Part shown: positions 28,057 through 42,114 of the stretch, one piece after another
Numbering within the stretch: position 1 is the first letter of the stretch
How the letters are laid out: each line of letters opens with the position of its first letter
Origin: Octopus bimaculoides
Lineage: Eukaryota
DNA length: 64,000 nt
Assembly (NCBI RefSeq): GCF_001194135.2
Contig: NC_068995.1
Location: 55,375,945-55,439,944 of the forward strand
Direction of reading: 5' to 3'
Notes under the pieces: generated by a model
What the model was told of the DNA's origin: nothing
Seen by the model: only the letters and a program-made list of their open reading frames with translations
Databases searched by the model: none
Position numbers and translations under genes: made by a program

Positions 28057-28475
28057 GGCGCAGGCGTGGCTGTGTGTTAAGATGTTTGTTTCCCAACTAC
28101 AAAATTCCTAGTTCAATCCCACTGCATTACTTATGGACAAGTGTCGTCTTCTATATCCTCGGGCCGACCAAAACTTTGTGAATGTGGTAATGTGGTAGAG
28201 GAAAATAGAAAGAAGAATGTATGTGTGTGTGACAGAGTGTGTGTGTGTGTGTGTGTGTNNNNNNNNNNTGTTTGTGTCCAAATCGGTGTTGGTGTGATTA
28301 CGTCCCTTTATCCTAGCAGTTCGTCAAAAAAGACCGATAGAACAAATACTAGGTTTTAAAAAATTAATAAGCACTGGTGTTGAATCATTCGACTACAATT
28401 CTTCAAGATGGTGTCCCAGCATGACCGCCGTCTAATGACTAGTAAAGATCTAATGTCTATTTACAAGTAAAAGAT
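28057..28475 (+). mobile_element. tRNA-derived SINE, family B, full length with internal (TG)n tract
   Basis: Head ggcgcaggcgtggctgtgtgttaag...agttcaatcccactgc, then ctcgggccgaccaaaac, an internal microsatellite and gap, and the 3' half ttacgtcccc...gaccgatagaac...cagcatgaccgccgtctaatgact. Colinear with 42115-42515. Confidence 0.9.
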
Positions 28476-28573
28476 CCTAATTTTCATATGTTTGTTTAAT
28501 AAACGCTACGTGAGTCTTTAATATATAAACTTAGTTTGAAATACAGGAATAAGTAAAAAAATATGTCCTTTTA

Positions 28574-28790
28574 CGTAGACTGAAGGATGAACAGAGACTC
28601 CTTTACTCCCACTTGTGTAAGGGGAAAAGAAACCAGGGAAGATATGAACTGAGATTCAAAGATACTTCAAAAATGAATATGAAGTGGAATGGAATTGATC
28701 ATAATAAATGGCAAATTCAAGCGGGAAAACAACCAGTATGGAGAATGTTTATCAAGTCATGCGAAAGCCATCGACAGTTATCTTCGAAAA
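28574..28790 (+). pseudogene. RTE-clade LINE ORF C-terminal fragment
   Basis: RRLKDEQRLLYSHLCKGKRNQGRYELRFKDTSKMNMKWNGIDHNKWQIQAGKQPVWRMFIK matches the RTE C-terminal pattern RMxDxRxPKxLLYxxLxxGxRxxGRxxxRxKD...W...A.D...WR. Confidence 0.8.
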
Positions 28791-29591
28791 CACTGACTGC
28801 AGATAAGATCAATTTCTCGGTATCATCCATAGCAACAATCTAAATATAATTAGTGCTCCACTAGTTGGCTGGTGGTCACCATGTTGAGTTGTCCTGGAGT
28901 TTAGACACATACATTACGTGTTTATATATTTCCGAGGATTTACTTTATTTCCGTAATTCGCTGTCTTGAATTTGCTTAAATATTAATGAACCACATTTTA
29001 TCGCGACATCAAGGAAATCCTCTTACAGAATTCATTTCCTATAAAGCTCTTAAAGGTCGAAAATCTTCGCAGATTGTAAACATTCTCAGAATAACTACAC
29101 ACATATATAGAGTACTTGCAAAAGTTCCTCTTATACCAAAAAGTCTATTTCTAAGCCGATAGCTTATTAGGATTATATACTGACACTCTTTTAAAGGTTC
29201 ATCTCTAATCGTTTTCATGACACTTTATACACCACAAACTTCATTGTACAGAAAAAATGTATAAAATATGTAAAGCAATAAAATATATAATATTGGTATT
29301 TTCCTAGTCGTACGTCCATAAAGCTCGTTCACTGTCTATGGCTACCTAGCGCCATCCACAGTAATTACACAATTATCGCTGCATCCACCTCAGGAATTCT
29401 TACGTGTACGTTGAGTATAAAACAAATTATACGGGAAACTTTATTGCTCACGACGATCGTTTCGACACATCCTGCATCGCTCCCTCGCGGGTGAGAAAGT
29501 ATACAACTAGTTTAGTGCATCCCACTGTGACAGGCCTCTCGTTAGGTGATGTAATAAGCGGTATCTCTTTAAATGAATTCTGTTTCGCTCG

Positions 29592-29762
29592 GATTTTGCA
29601 ATGATTTACGACGCTGGAAAGGTCATTTATGTAAATTATAAAGAGGAGCGGGCCCAAGACAGTCCCCTGAGGGACACCATTGGTGACTCCATCGACCACA
29701 ACTTCTTGTGTTCTATTCGCCAGGAAATACTTAATCCAGTGTAGAAATTTTCCAAGGATTCC
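29592..29762 (-). pseudogene. CR1/Jockey-superfamily LINE reverse transcriptase fragment
   Basis: Translates to [57 protein letters not shown], containing the classic GVPQGxxLGPLLFxxYINDL RT motif. Confidence 0.92.
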
Positions 29763-32250
29763 AAAATGTTCATGGATAAGTTCATGAACTTTGGTTCTTT
29801 TCTCTCCCTCTATCTCTCTCCCTCTTTCTCTCTCTCTCTCTTAATATATATATATATATATATATATATANNNNNNNNNNNNNNNNNNNNNNNNNNNNNN
29901 NNNNNNNNNNNNNNNNNNNNNNNNNNNNNNNNNNNNNNNNNNNNNNNNNNNNNNNNNNNNNNNNNNNNNNNNNNNNNNNNNNNNNNNNNNNNNNNNNNNN
30001 NNNNNNNNNNNNNNNNNNNNNNNNNNNNNNNNNNNNNNNNNNNNNNNNNNNNNNNNNNNNNNNNNNNNNNNNNNNNNNNNNNNNNNNNNNNNNNNNNNNN
30101 NNNNNNNNNNNNNNNNNNNNNNNNNNNNNNNNNNNNNNNNNNNNNNNNNNNNNNNNNNNNNNNNNNNNNNNNNNNNNNNNNNNNNNNNNNNNNNNNNNNN
30201 NNNNNNNNNNNNNGAGGAAATTCAAAACTAAACCGCCACAATAATTGATAATGAATCAGAAAATGCTGAGATAGTAATTTAAAATAAATCGATATGAATT
30301 TCTTGTAATTTATATCGAATGATCAAAACACCCAAGAATTATATACTGCAGCTCTTTTTTTTTTTTTTGTATCTTTAACCATGAAATTTACCGCCGGTTA
30401 GCAATATCGATAATTCTATATGTTAAAAGTATTATCTGATCTGCAAGCAGATTGAGATTCCGCTGCATACACAAGTGTATTATAAATCCTTGATTGCAGA
30501 AAATATCAACCTATAGCATATATATTAGCTACACTATTTTCTCAATCATTTCAAATTAACTTCCCTCCTTCTAGGGGTTAGTTAGCAAATGGCGCTAGAA
30601 GGCTTTTTTCCGTCTACCTCACATTGGGAATTTTTTATTTAAAAAAAAAGCGTATATAGTATACTTCATCCTTTATAATAATTATCTAAATTTATGCTAT
30701 TACCTCACTCCTTAATCTATCTCGCTCTTCTCTCACTGTCTATCTCGTTCGCTCTTTAAATCTATTGACACATAACTACATAGATAGATAGATAGATAGA
30801 TAGATAGACAGATACATATATTGTTATCCCATATATAAAATTCCCCTTTATTAATATTACTGTTTCAATGATTTACATATACATTAGATTTTATAACGGA
30901 ATTGCTACAAGTTTTCACGATAATTAAGATATTTGTCATTCAGAGAAAGTTTTGTTCAAAGATAATTACGATGGAATTTCATTTTCTTGTCTATTTTTAT
31001 ATTCTCGTATTTATACATTAACAGAGATGAAGATAAAATCCTTTATAGTTACTTATATGTAAATATATGATATACATTTCATCTTTGTCCTATTTGATCT
31101 GGAATTTAAATATGAATATATATGCTCATGGGTTGGTATGAATACGTACTCATGTATATATGCATGAATACATATGTATGTGTATGTATATGTGTACAAA
31201 GAGAGAAAGAGAGAGAGAAGGAAAAGAGAAGAAAGGAGGGTGTGGGTTAGAGAGCGACCATACACACGCATATTCATTACGACCATGTGATTGTATCTCT
31301 TACATGTCTACAGGGATACATGCACTCACACCCACGTTCATCTCCCTTTAGAAACAGACGCAAGCGGTACTAGTCACATGGCAGCTATGCGCATATGCGT
31401 ATACGTTTGCCGTCCGATAATGATCCCGAATAGAATAGTAATATGTAACCCTAACAAGCTATTGTCGAATATCTCCAATGGGGCGTAATATGTAGATCTA
31501 AAGAATATTCAATTGAATTCAATATGTAGATTAATGCAAATAATTGGCAATGAAATATATATATATATATCAAGAACTGATACCACCGGAAAATTTTTGA
31601 CGAAAATAATCTATTCATATATGCTAAAAATTTGAATGCGTGTATGTATGTATGTATGTGTTTGTATGTTTGAAACAGGTTTTGGCGTATATGCTTTCAT
31701 CGCAATACCGTTGCTTGCATATGTTGTTGAATAGTCTTGATTAGATTTGTAGCTAAGTTGCATAATTGCAATTATCTGATAATTTGAAGTTCGATATGTT
31801 GCTTAAATAGAACGACATAATCATCAGATTCGTCAGATCAAATGTAATGCTTTCGATTATTATTTTTTTTACATATTCTTTATAATGGCTCTGATAAAAG
31901 TTCAAAAACACGTCATGTTTGATTGCTTTCGAAATACTTCCTCGTTTTAATACATACATATACGTACATACTTAAATTCATATATATACTGACACACATT
32001 GTATATATATATATATATATATATATNNNNNNNNNNNNNNNNNNNNNNNNNNNNNNNNNNNNNNNNNNNNNNNNNNNNNNNNNNNNNNNNNNNNNNNNNN
32101 NNNNNNNNNNNNNNNNNNNNNNNNNNNNNNNNNNNNNNNNNNNNNNNNNNNNNNNNNNNNNNNNNNNNNNNNNNNNNNNNNNNNNNNNNNNNNNNNNNNN
32201 NNNNNNNNNNNNNNNNNNNNNNNNNNNNNNNNNNNNNNNNNNNNNNNNNN

Positions 32251-32301
<51 letters not shown>

Positions 32302-32626
32302 AAAGTCCTATTTGAAATTCTTTGAAAATGTTATAGAAGCGTGGTTACGTATAAGTTACTTCTAAACCGTGAATTACGTACTTCGTTGTCTCGTGCCCTG
32401 TTCAGTATAAAGGAAAAATTTAAATTATTCATAGCTCGGAATAACTAACGTAAGCTTTTTCGTTTTTCTTCTCCACTTAAACACAACGCTGCGCAAACAT
32501 CTGGCTTTATTAACGATGTAGTGCAGTTCATAACATTATGCTAAACCTTGTAGTGGTTTCGATCCGCGGCCCGATTTCAGTTTTTAATTTATCCTTTTCT
32601 GTGTGTTCTTAACCACACCCTTAAAC

Positions 32627-32900
32627 GGGTGTGGTTAAAGGCTTGTTTTGCAACCGCCTGGTTTCACATTCAGCCCCACTGCGGGGCACTTTGGACAGGT
32701 GTCTTCTACTGTAGGCCCCAGTCGATGAAACACTATGAGTGAATCTGGTAGACGGAAACTGTGTGGAAGACTGCCATACATATATAGATATGCATGTGTT
32801 TTTGTGTGCTCCACAAACTACTAGGCGGCGATTGTAGCTTTGTTTACGACTCCATTAATTAGCAGTTCAGCAAAAATGAACGAAGCGAAAGATTAATTAT
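32627..32900 (+). mobile_element. Family-B SINE, decayed
   Basis: gggtgtggttaaaggcttg...cattcagccccactgcggggcactttggacaggtgtcttctactgtagg...ggtagacggaaactg...attagcagttcagcaaaa. Confidence 0.8.
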
Positions 32901-32984
32901 CATACTTCTAGAAAATAAGGCTACTGGAAGAACAGCGAAATAATAGAAGCAATGATAGAATAAGAGCTTGTGGAGCCCGGGAGG

Positions 32985-33630
32985 GGACGATTTCAGGCCT
33001 TGTCCGTATTGTAGAAAGATTTATTAGAAGTAAGACGAAGGTTTTAGCACGCCGAATGGAATGCTTATGTTCTGAGTTCAAATTCCTCTCAGGTAAACTT
33101 TGCATTTCATTATTTCATTCTTTCGGGGTTGATGAAATAAAAGTTGAAAGCCAGAGTCGATATAATCGAAAAGACCCTGGTCAAAAAATTACAGGCATTG
33201 TGCCTGTAGTAGAAAGTTGAATTCTTATTATCGTGATGAGGCGGCGAGATGACAGAAAAGTTAGCACGCCGTGCGAAATTCTTAGCGGTATTCCGTCTGC
33301 CGCTACGTCCTGAGTTCAAATTCTGCCGAAGTTGACTTTGCCTTTCATCTTTCGGGATCGATAAATTAAGTATCAGCTGCGTAATGAGGTCGATCTAATC
33401 TACTGGCCCCCTCCCCCAAAATTTCAGGCCTTACACCTAGAGTAGAAAATAGCCAAAGCGGCGAGCTGACAGAATCATTAGCACGTTCTGACTTCAAATT
33501 CCGCTGAAGTCGACTTTGTCTTTCATACGCTCGACGTCGATAAATTAAGTACCATTGAAACACTGGGATCGAGGTAATCGACTAGTCCCCTCCCCACAAA
33601 TTTCGAGCCATGTGCTTATAGTGGAAATGT
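32985..33630 (+). mobile_element. Head-to-tail array of 3 family-A SINE copies plus the tail of a 4th
   Basis: TTAGCACG at ~33044, ~33261 and ~33478. B-box-like GAGTTCAAATT/GACTTCAAATT at ~33074, ~33312 and ~33490. Tail motif (A/T)(TTTC/TTAC)AGGC..TG at ~32990, ~33190, ~33421 and ~33600. Confidence 0.85.
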
Positions 33631-35194
33631 TCAAATGCATATAACTCCATCCGGTTTTTATTTGATTTTTTCCTTTTTCGTGTGTGTGAAAGTGATAAAT
33701 TATGTTTGATACATTTTTATAAATCGCTATGGAAGGGAAGTCAAAGGTAAAAAAACGAAAGCAGTCGCATTGGGAGTTGAACTCAAAGCAGAGGGCAACG
33801 GAATGAATCATTTCATAGCATTCAGTCAAACATCAGTATTGATATAGATCACGCGCGCACGCGCGCACACACACGTACAAAACATACGGTCGCATACACA
33901 GAGAGGCAAAGCTGCTACTACCGGACATTACAACCGTCCTTAAACTAAAGACACAAATGAATGGAATTAAAAGTAATGTGTGCTATGGTGCATATTTCAA
34001 CGTGCCGTAATAAAAGTGAAGCAAAGAATCTCATTATTAAAGCTATATTTAGAGGCAGTTCCATCCAGTCTCCTCACCAATAGGATAAAAATGCAATTAA
34101 CAGATAGCTTGGGGACAAACTGTCTAGAATGATAGAGAAATAGCAGCCAGACATGCATTACTAACAAATCATGAACAATCACTACACTATGCAACAGAAC
34201 CAATCAGGTAATTGTACACACATAAATAGACATATCAACATCTTTGTCTGTATATATATATGTATATATATACAAACCCGTACGTACATATGTATATATA
34301 TATATGTACGTATGTATTTCTGTCTTTCTCTCTTTATATTTTTGTGTGTATGCCAGCTAATATATTTGTGTGTTTACGCGATTGTATTTGTATGTGAGCG
34401 TGTTTTGTAAGACATATGGAATGAAAACAACGGATGCACACACACACACACACACACATACACATATATATCTGTACATATGCATACATATACATATAAT
34501 AGTGTGTGATGTCCATTTTTCTTTTTATGAGTGTGAAAGAGAGAGCTAGAAACATAGAGAGAGAGAGTGAGTGAGAGAGACAGAGGAAGAGAGAGAGAGA
34601 GAGAAAGAGGAAGGGCGAGAAAGAGACAGCTGCTTTCGTTACTGTTTGTTTTCTTTTTTTTTTTTTTTGAAGCAAAGGAGATAAATGATGTCTTGATATA
34701 TGGTTGCTTTAAGATAACTTTTTCGTTATTTTGCTTAATGTAACGTGCTGTGGTGTCGCGATGTAATCGTTCGGTGTAGTGTAATTATGTAGTGTATTGG
34801 AGTATATTTAGTGTGTTTTAATGCATAGAATATATTTGATGTTTTCAATATTAGTTTTATTGCTCAAGAGGACAATTAATTCCAATATCCCACTACTTCG
34901 GTATTTAATGTTCATTGTGATCACAATGAAGGTCGGAATATAGGCAAACTCGTGTGTCTGCGTATATTATTAAGCAGAACATACCGGGTTCGTTCCTCAA
35001 CGGGGTTATTTAACGATTTATTCTTTCACAATTTACAACTACAGTTTAAAATTGTAAAACATAACTGTCACCACTATTGTATGAACCTGAAGATTGCATA
35101 GTTTAAAGGTAAGCCCGGAGTTATAATAGAAGTCATGGGCCCAACATGTTACCGCACAGTTGTACTGAGCCCGGATCCACGTACTTGCAAAGCG

Positions 35195-35233
<39 letters not shown>

Positions 35234-35689
35234 CGCATGTACACGTGTGTGAGAGAGGGAATGTGTGTATACGCATGTATGGTGTATGTAAGCATGTATG
35301 TGAGACGTTATTGTGTGTGTGAAGAGAACCAACTTCCTGGGACCATTAAAGAAATCTTTAACGGTGATGCGCCATGTTTGAATTCCTATCAGCGAAATTA
35401 CTGCAAAAATAATGAAGCACTTCACTGCTTTCCACGGATTTGGTTTAAAAAATCCTATGCAATACAATCGTATATAATATTTTTGTAATGCATTCTCTAC
35501 ATGAGTATACTATAACATTTATACCAGAGCAACGTGTTGCTAAGCTGCCATAGATTATAATCTATTAGTGCACTAAATAGTACACTCTTTATCAAATGGT
35601 CTTAGTTTTTGTTCTTCTCTTTTGTGTTATTGCTATTCTTTTAAGACTTCAGCCTTGATTGTGCAGACGCTTCCTGTAAGAACCGGTGA

Positions 35690-35870
35690 CAGCTAACTTA
35701 TAACTCCATCTCCTCAATTGTATTTAATATGCCCGAGTGCACTGAACAGTCTAGTTCCGTTGTTAGAATGGTAATTCCAGTACTCGATTCTCTCCTTAAC
35801 TGGCTGCAGGTCAGCGACCTTCAGCTTTCTAATCCATGTGCACAGATGTTAACTAAGCGCTTCTTTTTCA
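35690..35870 (-). pseudogene. Possible decayed RTE-type C-terminal region
   Basis: Minus-strand LQPVKERI...RLFSALGHI...GVIS*L resembles RTE 'LPPV....RRL.FAGH...EVIS.L'. Weak. Confidence 0.25.
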
Positions 35871-36439
35871 AGTTACCAGGTGAGCATTGATTCTGGATCA
35901 GTGAATTATAGCAAACCAGCTCTTTATTTTTACATATGTACTAACAAATCGCAATTACCTTTAAAACCACATTAAGTACACATATTTATACAATGATGTC
36001 CAGCTGCTAATTTTCTTACAGTTATAGTTATTTCCAGTACTCAAATAGATAACTAAATTTAATCTGCTCCTAATTTTGCTACTTGTATTAAAGTTAATGT
36101 GAGTGCTAATACGCAAATGTGTATCTAATATTAACCAACTGTTGATTTTGGATAAGATATATCTTTCAGTGGGATCAAATTTTGGTCTCCAGTTGAAGAA
36201 AATGTTACTTAGCTGATGCTATTGCCTAAAGGGTTTCCAAAATGGGGAAAAAATATAATTCCATTAATCTACCCTAATATTCTCAAGCAATTAAACTTCC
36301 TCTTTCTCCGATTACACTGTATTGCATTAATCGATACACGAAAGAAAAATTTTCAATCAGACTCAAATGAAAATTAGAAACGAAAATAAGAGAATCATCC
36401 GAACACAACGAACTGGGATTTGTGAAGTGTAAAACAGAT

Positions 36440-36715
36440 TTCATTGCATAGGTATGCATACCAGGGTATCGATGAGATTATCGGATGTTGTTGTCCATCG
36501 CTGATTACAATGTGCTTCGCATTGGTTTAGCTTCCGAATGACGCCGCTTCCGCTGGCGGGGCGATCAGGCCAACTTACCCCATTATCAGGAAGCCATTCC
36601 CACATAGGATTAGCCATTAACGTGAACTGAAGCGTTTCGCTCTAGAACACAACGTGGTGCCTGTTCCGGGAATCGAACCCATGAAGTAGAAGCCATTAGG
36701 CCACAATCCTTTACA
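36440..36715 (-). mobile_element. tRNA-derived SINE of a third family (C), 5' end lost in a gap
   Basis: The reverse complement has B-box GGGTTCGATTCCCGG, then gttgtgttctagagcgaaacgcttc...cagcggaagcggcgtcattcggaagctaaaccaatgcgaagcacattgt..cagcgatg..acaacatc. Confidence 0.75.
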
Positions 36716-37007
36716 CNNNNNNNNNNNNNNNNNNNNNNNNNNNNNNNNNNNNNNNNNNNNNNNNNNNNNNNNNNNNNNNNNNNNNNNNNNNNNNNNNNNN
36801 NNNNNNNNNNNNNNNNNNNNNNNNNNNNNNNNNNNNNNNNNNNNNNNNNNNNNNNNNNNNNNNNNNNNNNNNNNNNNNNNNNNNNNNNNNNNNNNNNNNN
36901 NNNNNNNNNNNNNNNNNNNNNNNNNNNNNNNNNNNNNNNNNNNNNNNNNNNNNNNNNNNNNNNNNNNNNNNNNNNNNNNNNNNNNNNNNNNNNNNNNNNN
37001 NNNNNNN

Positions 37008-37038
<31 letters not shown>

Positions 37039-37699
37039 GCACGTGACACAGTGTGAAACATTCTCAATGGAAGTGTCAGAAATAATTGTGGCGACAACTT
37101 TACGCGAATTTATTCGACTAATAAATACGTTTTAACCATCACCATCAGCACAGCGCAGCAGCAGCAACATCAACAAAAACAACAACAGCCATTACAGATA
37201 CATCAACAGCAACGACTACATCGATTTCAGTTTCTATATGGCATGTGTGGATGATATATGTGACGCTTTATTTGTCTCGTGCAATTTACACACGGAACTT
37301 ATCTGATAGGAACTGTCAAATTACTATTAATTTTCTTTTGATCAATCATTCGCCTATATTTTATGGCTAATTATGTTTACTGTGAGTAAATATAAATATA
37401 TGGAAGTCTTCTGCTATCTGAACTATTCATTGCGTTTCAATCTGTTTACTGAAGCCCACATACACCGAAAGTATTTGATAATTTAAATCGGTTTTCATCA
37501 TTTGTCATACTGGAATCCACAGCACCATTCTGCTTTTCCGAAATTATGTTTATTTCTCGCACAAATAAATGGGCCTCTCGTTGTATCATAAAATATTGGT
37601 GAGAAATCTACGGAACATCTTCCTGATCCTTCGCCTTGTAACATTAACAGCCAAATTTCAAATCGCAAGTCTCAACCTATTATGTTTGAACACTGTATC

Positions 37700-37881
<182 letters not shown>

Positions 37882-40278
37882 ATGTGTGAATCTCCATATG
37901 GTTACGGCAATTGTTCCAAGACCTGAGTCGGTTCCATCGAGAATGACCCCACTATTCAAACGTAACAGCGGAACAGTAATCTCCTTATAAGCTGTGAGGT
38001 ATTGATTGGCTTCTAAAATGGAGGAAGCCAATAGTTGAGAACAAAATTGTATTTTCAAGAAATACAAATGAAGTAAATTCTATGTACATGGAACATCGAG
38101 CTCTAAGACCGTAATACTATGTGACTAATATCTTGAGACGTTTTTGCAAAATGATCTTTAATATATATTTTCTCCTTAGACTTGAATTTAGAAATGACAT
38201 CAAATTCGTATTAGTTAAAGCAACAGCTGCTTAACTAAAGTTTATTAGCTTCGAAAAACATATGATACTAACACATAAGCTCGGTTCATTATTAACCGCT
38301 GGCCTTAAATTTCCGAAATTAAATGTTTTACAATAGCAAAGAAAGAAGACGTGGGTGGCTTGCTAGATTTGCTAAAACTTTGTCAAAATATTTTACGGAA
38401 TTTTTTTGACTTCGATTTAAAATTGCGCCCTGAAGAACGTAGCATTTCGTCGTTTCGAAATGGGTTAACTAAGTACGAGGCAATTATTGGATTGATTAGA
38501 CAAACTTTGTTTCCTTAACTATTTCCTGCTTTGTGTGAATGTAATAAAATATTAATTTCTGGAATTTGGTTTTCACTGACAACTTTGTTATTTCTGGCAC
38601 GCCAAGTTTTCGATTAAAAGAACTCACACTACAATATCCATTCTCATTTGAACTTACTTATAAACTTTATCAGGAAATCATAGCGTAGACCAGGAAACAA
38701 ACGATTTCTGAAAGAACGTCAAATTTTGTGTTCTTAAATTAAATTTCTAAGTTTATCTCTTTGATGGAATTTTCGGCAACACTGTCGTCCACCCAGTCTT
38801 GAATCACAAAATACCCGAAGAAGACTGGAACGTACTCATCCGAAATGTAAGAAAAGCAACAATTACAATGAGGGAATCACTCAGATTGCCACTACACTAA
38901 GTAACGTGTATAGCATTACTTTTTTATGACTTTGAAATAGTGAAGCTAGTCTGGCATTTGTACACATTTTTCGATATAGCATATAAGAATATTAAAATTA
39001 AATATTAGAATCCGATTATTTCAGTTAGTCATGTAATTTCGTTATGCTTACTGCTCTGAAGTATCCTAGATACTAAAATGGTTGAGTTTTTCTCACAATA
39101 AAACCAAAACTAAAAGCATGCAAAACTTATATGATGCCGGAATCACTGACAATAGCAGTAAACCACTGTTAATAACTGTCAAAAATACGAAATGTATTGA
39201 GAGGGGATGTAGTGTTTTTGGATGCAGAAGTAAATGGAACACTAACTCTGAGACAGAGCATTCGCTATAATACATTCCCGGTAATTTTCTATAATTTTAA
39301 CAATAGCCTCCGATGAGCTCGTAGGGAGAAACGGCAACATCATTGATAATTGTATATATGCTTTTTGTAAATTTGCTGTGCAAAGTAGAATATATTGTAA
39401 GATAACGATAAGATAATTTTTTACTTTCTTATTTATATTCGATGTTATTATTTTATCTCTTAAATTTTTTTTTCTCCATTTTATTACTTCATAGAACAAA
39501 CAGAAAAGCCTCAAAGTAATTTTGGAGTTTAAATCTCCCAGAAAATAGGAGTCATATCTTGATAGGAGATGGAGAATAATATCAGTGTTCGAGGAAATTT
39601 AAAATGATGTGAATGATTCAACATATAAATTGGCACGTCCTTATATGAAATAAATAAGTCGAGGTAAAAACAAAAATAACGTGTGTACAAGATCAATATT
39701 TAATATGAAAGCGATGAGGTTAAAAATTGTTGTTCACGTATATATTTCGAAATATTGTCCATTGCACAAGACAATGTCATGAAGATTTTATTAACTTATG
39801 AGCTTTATGCAGTCAGTCAACATGAAAACTTATAATTTCATCAACTCCTACAAGGATTCAAATTCCAAACAAACAATGCGCGAGATAGAAGCAAGAACTT
39901 TATTGTTTCTACTTTTGTCATTTCGTCTGTTTATTTACTTCTCTCTTCCTTTAGATTACGGATTAGATTAATCGAATATTCGTTTAAAATATTTAATATT
40001 TATTATACAGTGCATTCACACATCCTCCAATTTTGGATCCTTTTTAATCTTGTAGTTTTAACTTCGAAATTTAGCCATCACTTTCTTTTACAATATTAAC
40101 CTCGAACAGCTTTTATCACGTAATTTCTATCTTATTATTTATGCGCGTAAGTGATTTTTAAGACGATTTAGGCGGTTTGCCATTTTAAAATTGACGTTCT
40201 TATTCCTATATTTATCAACCTCTCATTAGTTTTGCACCTCTCATATTTATGTGTTTGTGTGTATGTGTGTGAGTGAGT

Positions 40279-40337
<59 letters not shown>

Positions 40338-42114
40338 CACATACACACACATATAATGTGCTCAATAATAGTTTTATTTTATGTTAGTGCTTATTTGCAC
40401 AACTGTTAGATGGTGCAAACACTTACGAAAACCGTTACGACGAAAGCCTACGCTACAACTATTTCCTGCTGCTCGCTCTATAGCAACAAAGAAACGAGAA
40501 TTCAACTCTGCAATTTCTGGTATTGGAAATTAAACAGATTCGATATTCGACTTAGCTAAGCAATTACCCTCTAATGAATGGTGGACGTTTGACGATTATC
40601 TAACATAAGGCTGGACCGTAGAAATACTAGCCAAGATATGGCAGCCAACACTGAGGCGATCAAAGAGTAGCCAAAGGCTGGGATTACAATACTTATTTCA
40701 GATAATCCTAATCACTAATACTCAAATCTCTCTCCCCCACACCCTCTTTCCAACGCTCTCAAAAAATATTAAATATTAAAATATATCGCTTAGATGCAAT
40801 GTAGATATTAAAAGTTTCTCTGAGCTAGTTTAAACAAAGTCTTGCTACTTAGCAATAGGTAAATTGCGATCTTATGCAAAGTTGATATAAGATTAGTTTT
40901 GTCTGATGATTTTGTTTTAATTTAGCAATCTCTCGGCAAAACCAAATATAAAATATATTGGAGTACGATCAGGCAGAAAATTGCTCTATTGAAACGCACA
41001 AAATATAATATGATTTGATATATTTTGAATAATATCTAGCGTGTAAATTTCATCTGGTGGTGTCAGAATGTCTGATAAAAAAGCATCAGAAATTATGCTC
41101 ATGGGGAGAGGGTAAATTACGAAGTCATTTGTAAAATTCATTTCTTCTGATTACTGTTTTTTTTTTCCTCAACGATAAGGATGCAGACCTTTGTGTATCT
41201 ATTCACGTGTCTTAAAAGTGAGCGGGAGAGACAGATATGCAGATAGAGAGGAAGGAAAGAAGAAAAACAAATAAAAAAATAAAAAAGCGAATAGTAAAAA
41301 AGCACGAAAGGAAAAAGTTAAATGTACGAAAATAAAAAGACCGAAGGAAAAAGACAGAATGAACGAGAAACGAAAAGGAAACGAAGAATAAAAGAAACCG
41401 ATAAAAAAAAAGCAGAGAAGCAGAAACATTAAAGAAAGACAGAAAGAGATTGTCATTATTTAAAGATGTCTGCATCTTTTTTTTTTTATTATTATTCGAA
41501 GAAATCAATACTTCATGTCTGGCTATGTCAATATCTATTCGACATGACGTTGTACGTGTGACTTAATGTGACATCTTGCTAGAATAAACTGTTCCGCTTC
41601 GTTTAGGAAATCAGTAAATCTCTCGAAATGGCAAATTTAAAGTGATTAAAGCTGTTTTGTTTTTCTTCTTTGCAATGTCTTGTGGCGCATGTTTCCGAAA
41701 TGTATTGTTTTATTTTATTTAAACGTCATCTCATATCCCAATTCTCTGTGTCACATAACACTACTTTCCCAAGAATTTTGAAGTTGATGTATAAATAAAA
41801 GGTTTTTAGAAGAGTTAGCGTAAATAGATTAACATCTTACCCGAGGAAAGAATAATTTATACACTGCTTAACACTTCAGATAAATTGATAGAAGTAACGA
41901 CTAAACTAAACTTTGTTCATAGAGATCTGGCCTGCCTGTTGATTTTTAGATTTTAAACACACCTAAATGGAGCCATTGTCTACTAATTGCTTGCATAATA
42001 TCAGGTAATCAAATTTTTTTTTACTCTCTCTAACGCTTATGTGTGATTCTGCAGGTTTTCTATTTAGAACGTTGATGGATTTTTCAAATGTCTCATATAT
42101 CTTATATATACAAA

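Noticed and set aside
37900-38015. Minus-strand open stretch EANQYLTAYKEITVPLLRLNSGVILDGTDS after a good acceptor
   Set aside because: There is no convincing donor and no recognisable family; it could equally be a LINE endonuclease relic or chance.
38430-38466. CTGAAGA...GAAA hammerhead-like order
   Set aside because: Stem II does not close onto GAAA and there is no stem III/NUH.
39310-39335. CCGATGA-gctc-gtag-gga-GAAAC hammerhead-like motif
   Set aside because: It has a core mutation, a broken stem II and no cleavage triplet; too degenerate to support.
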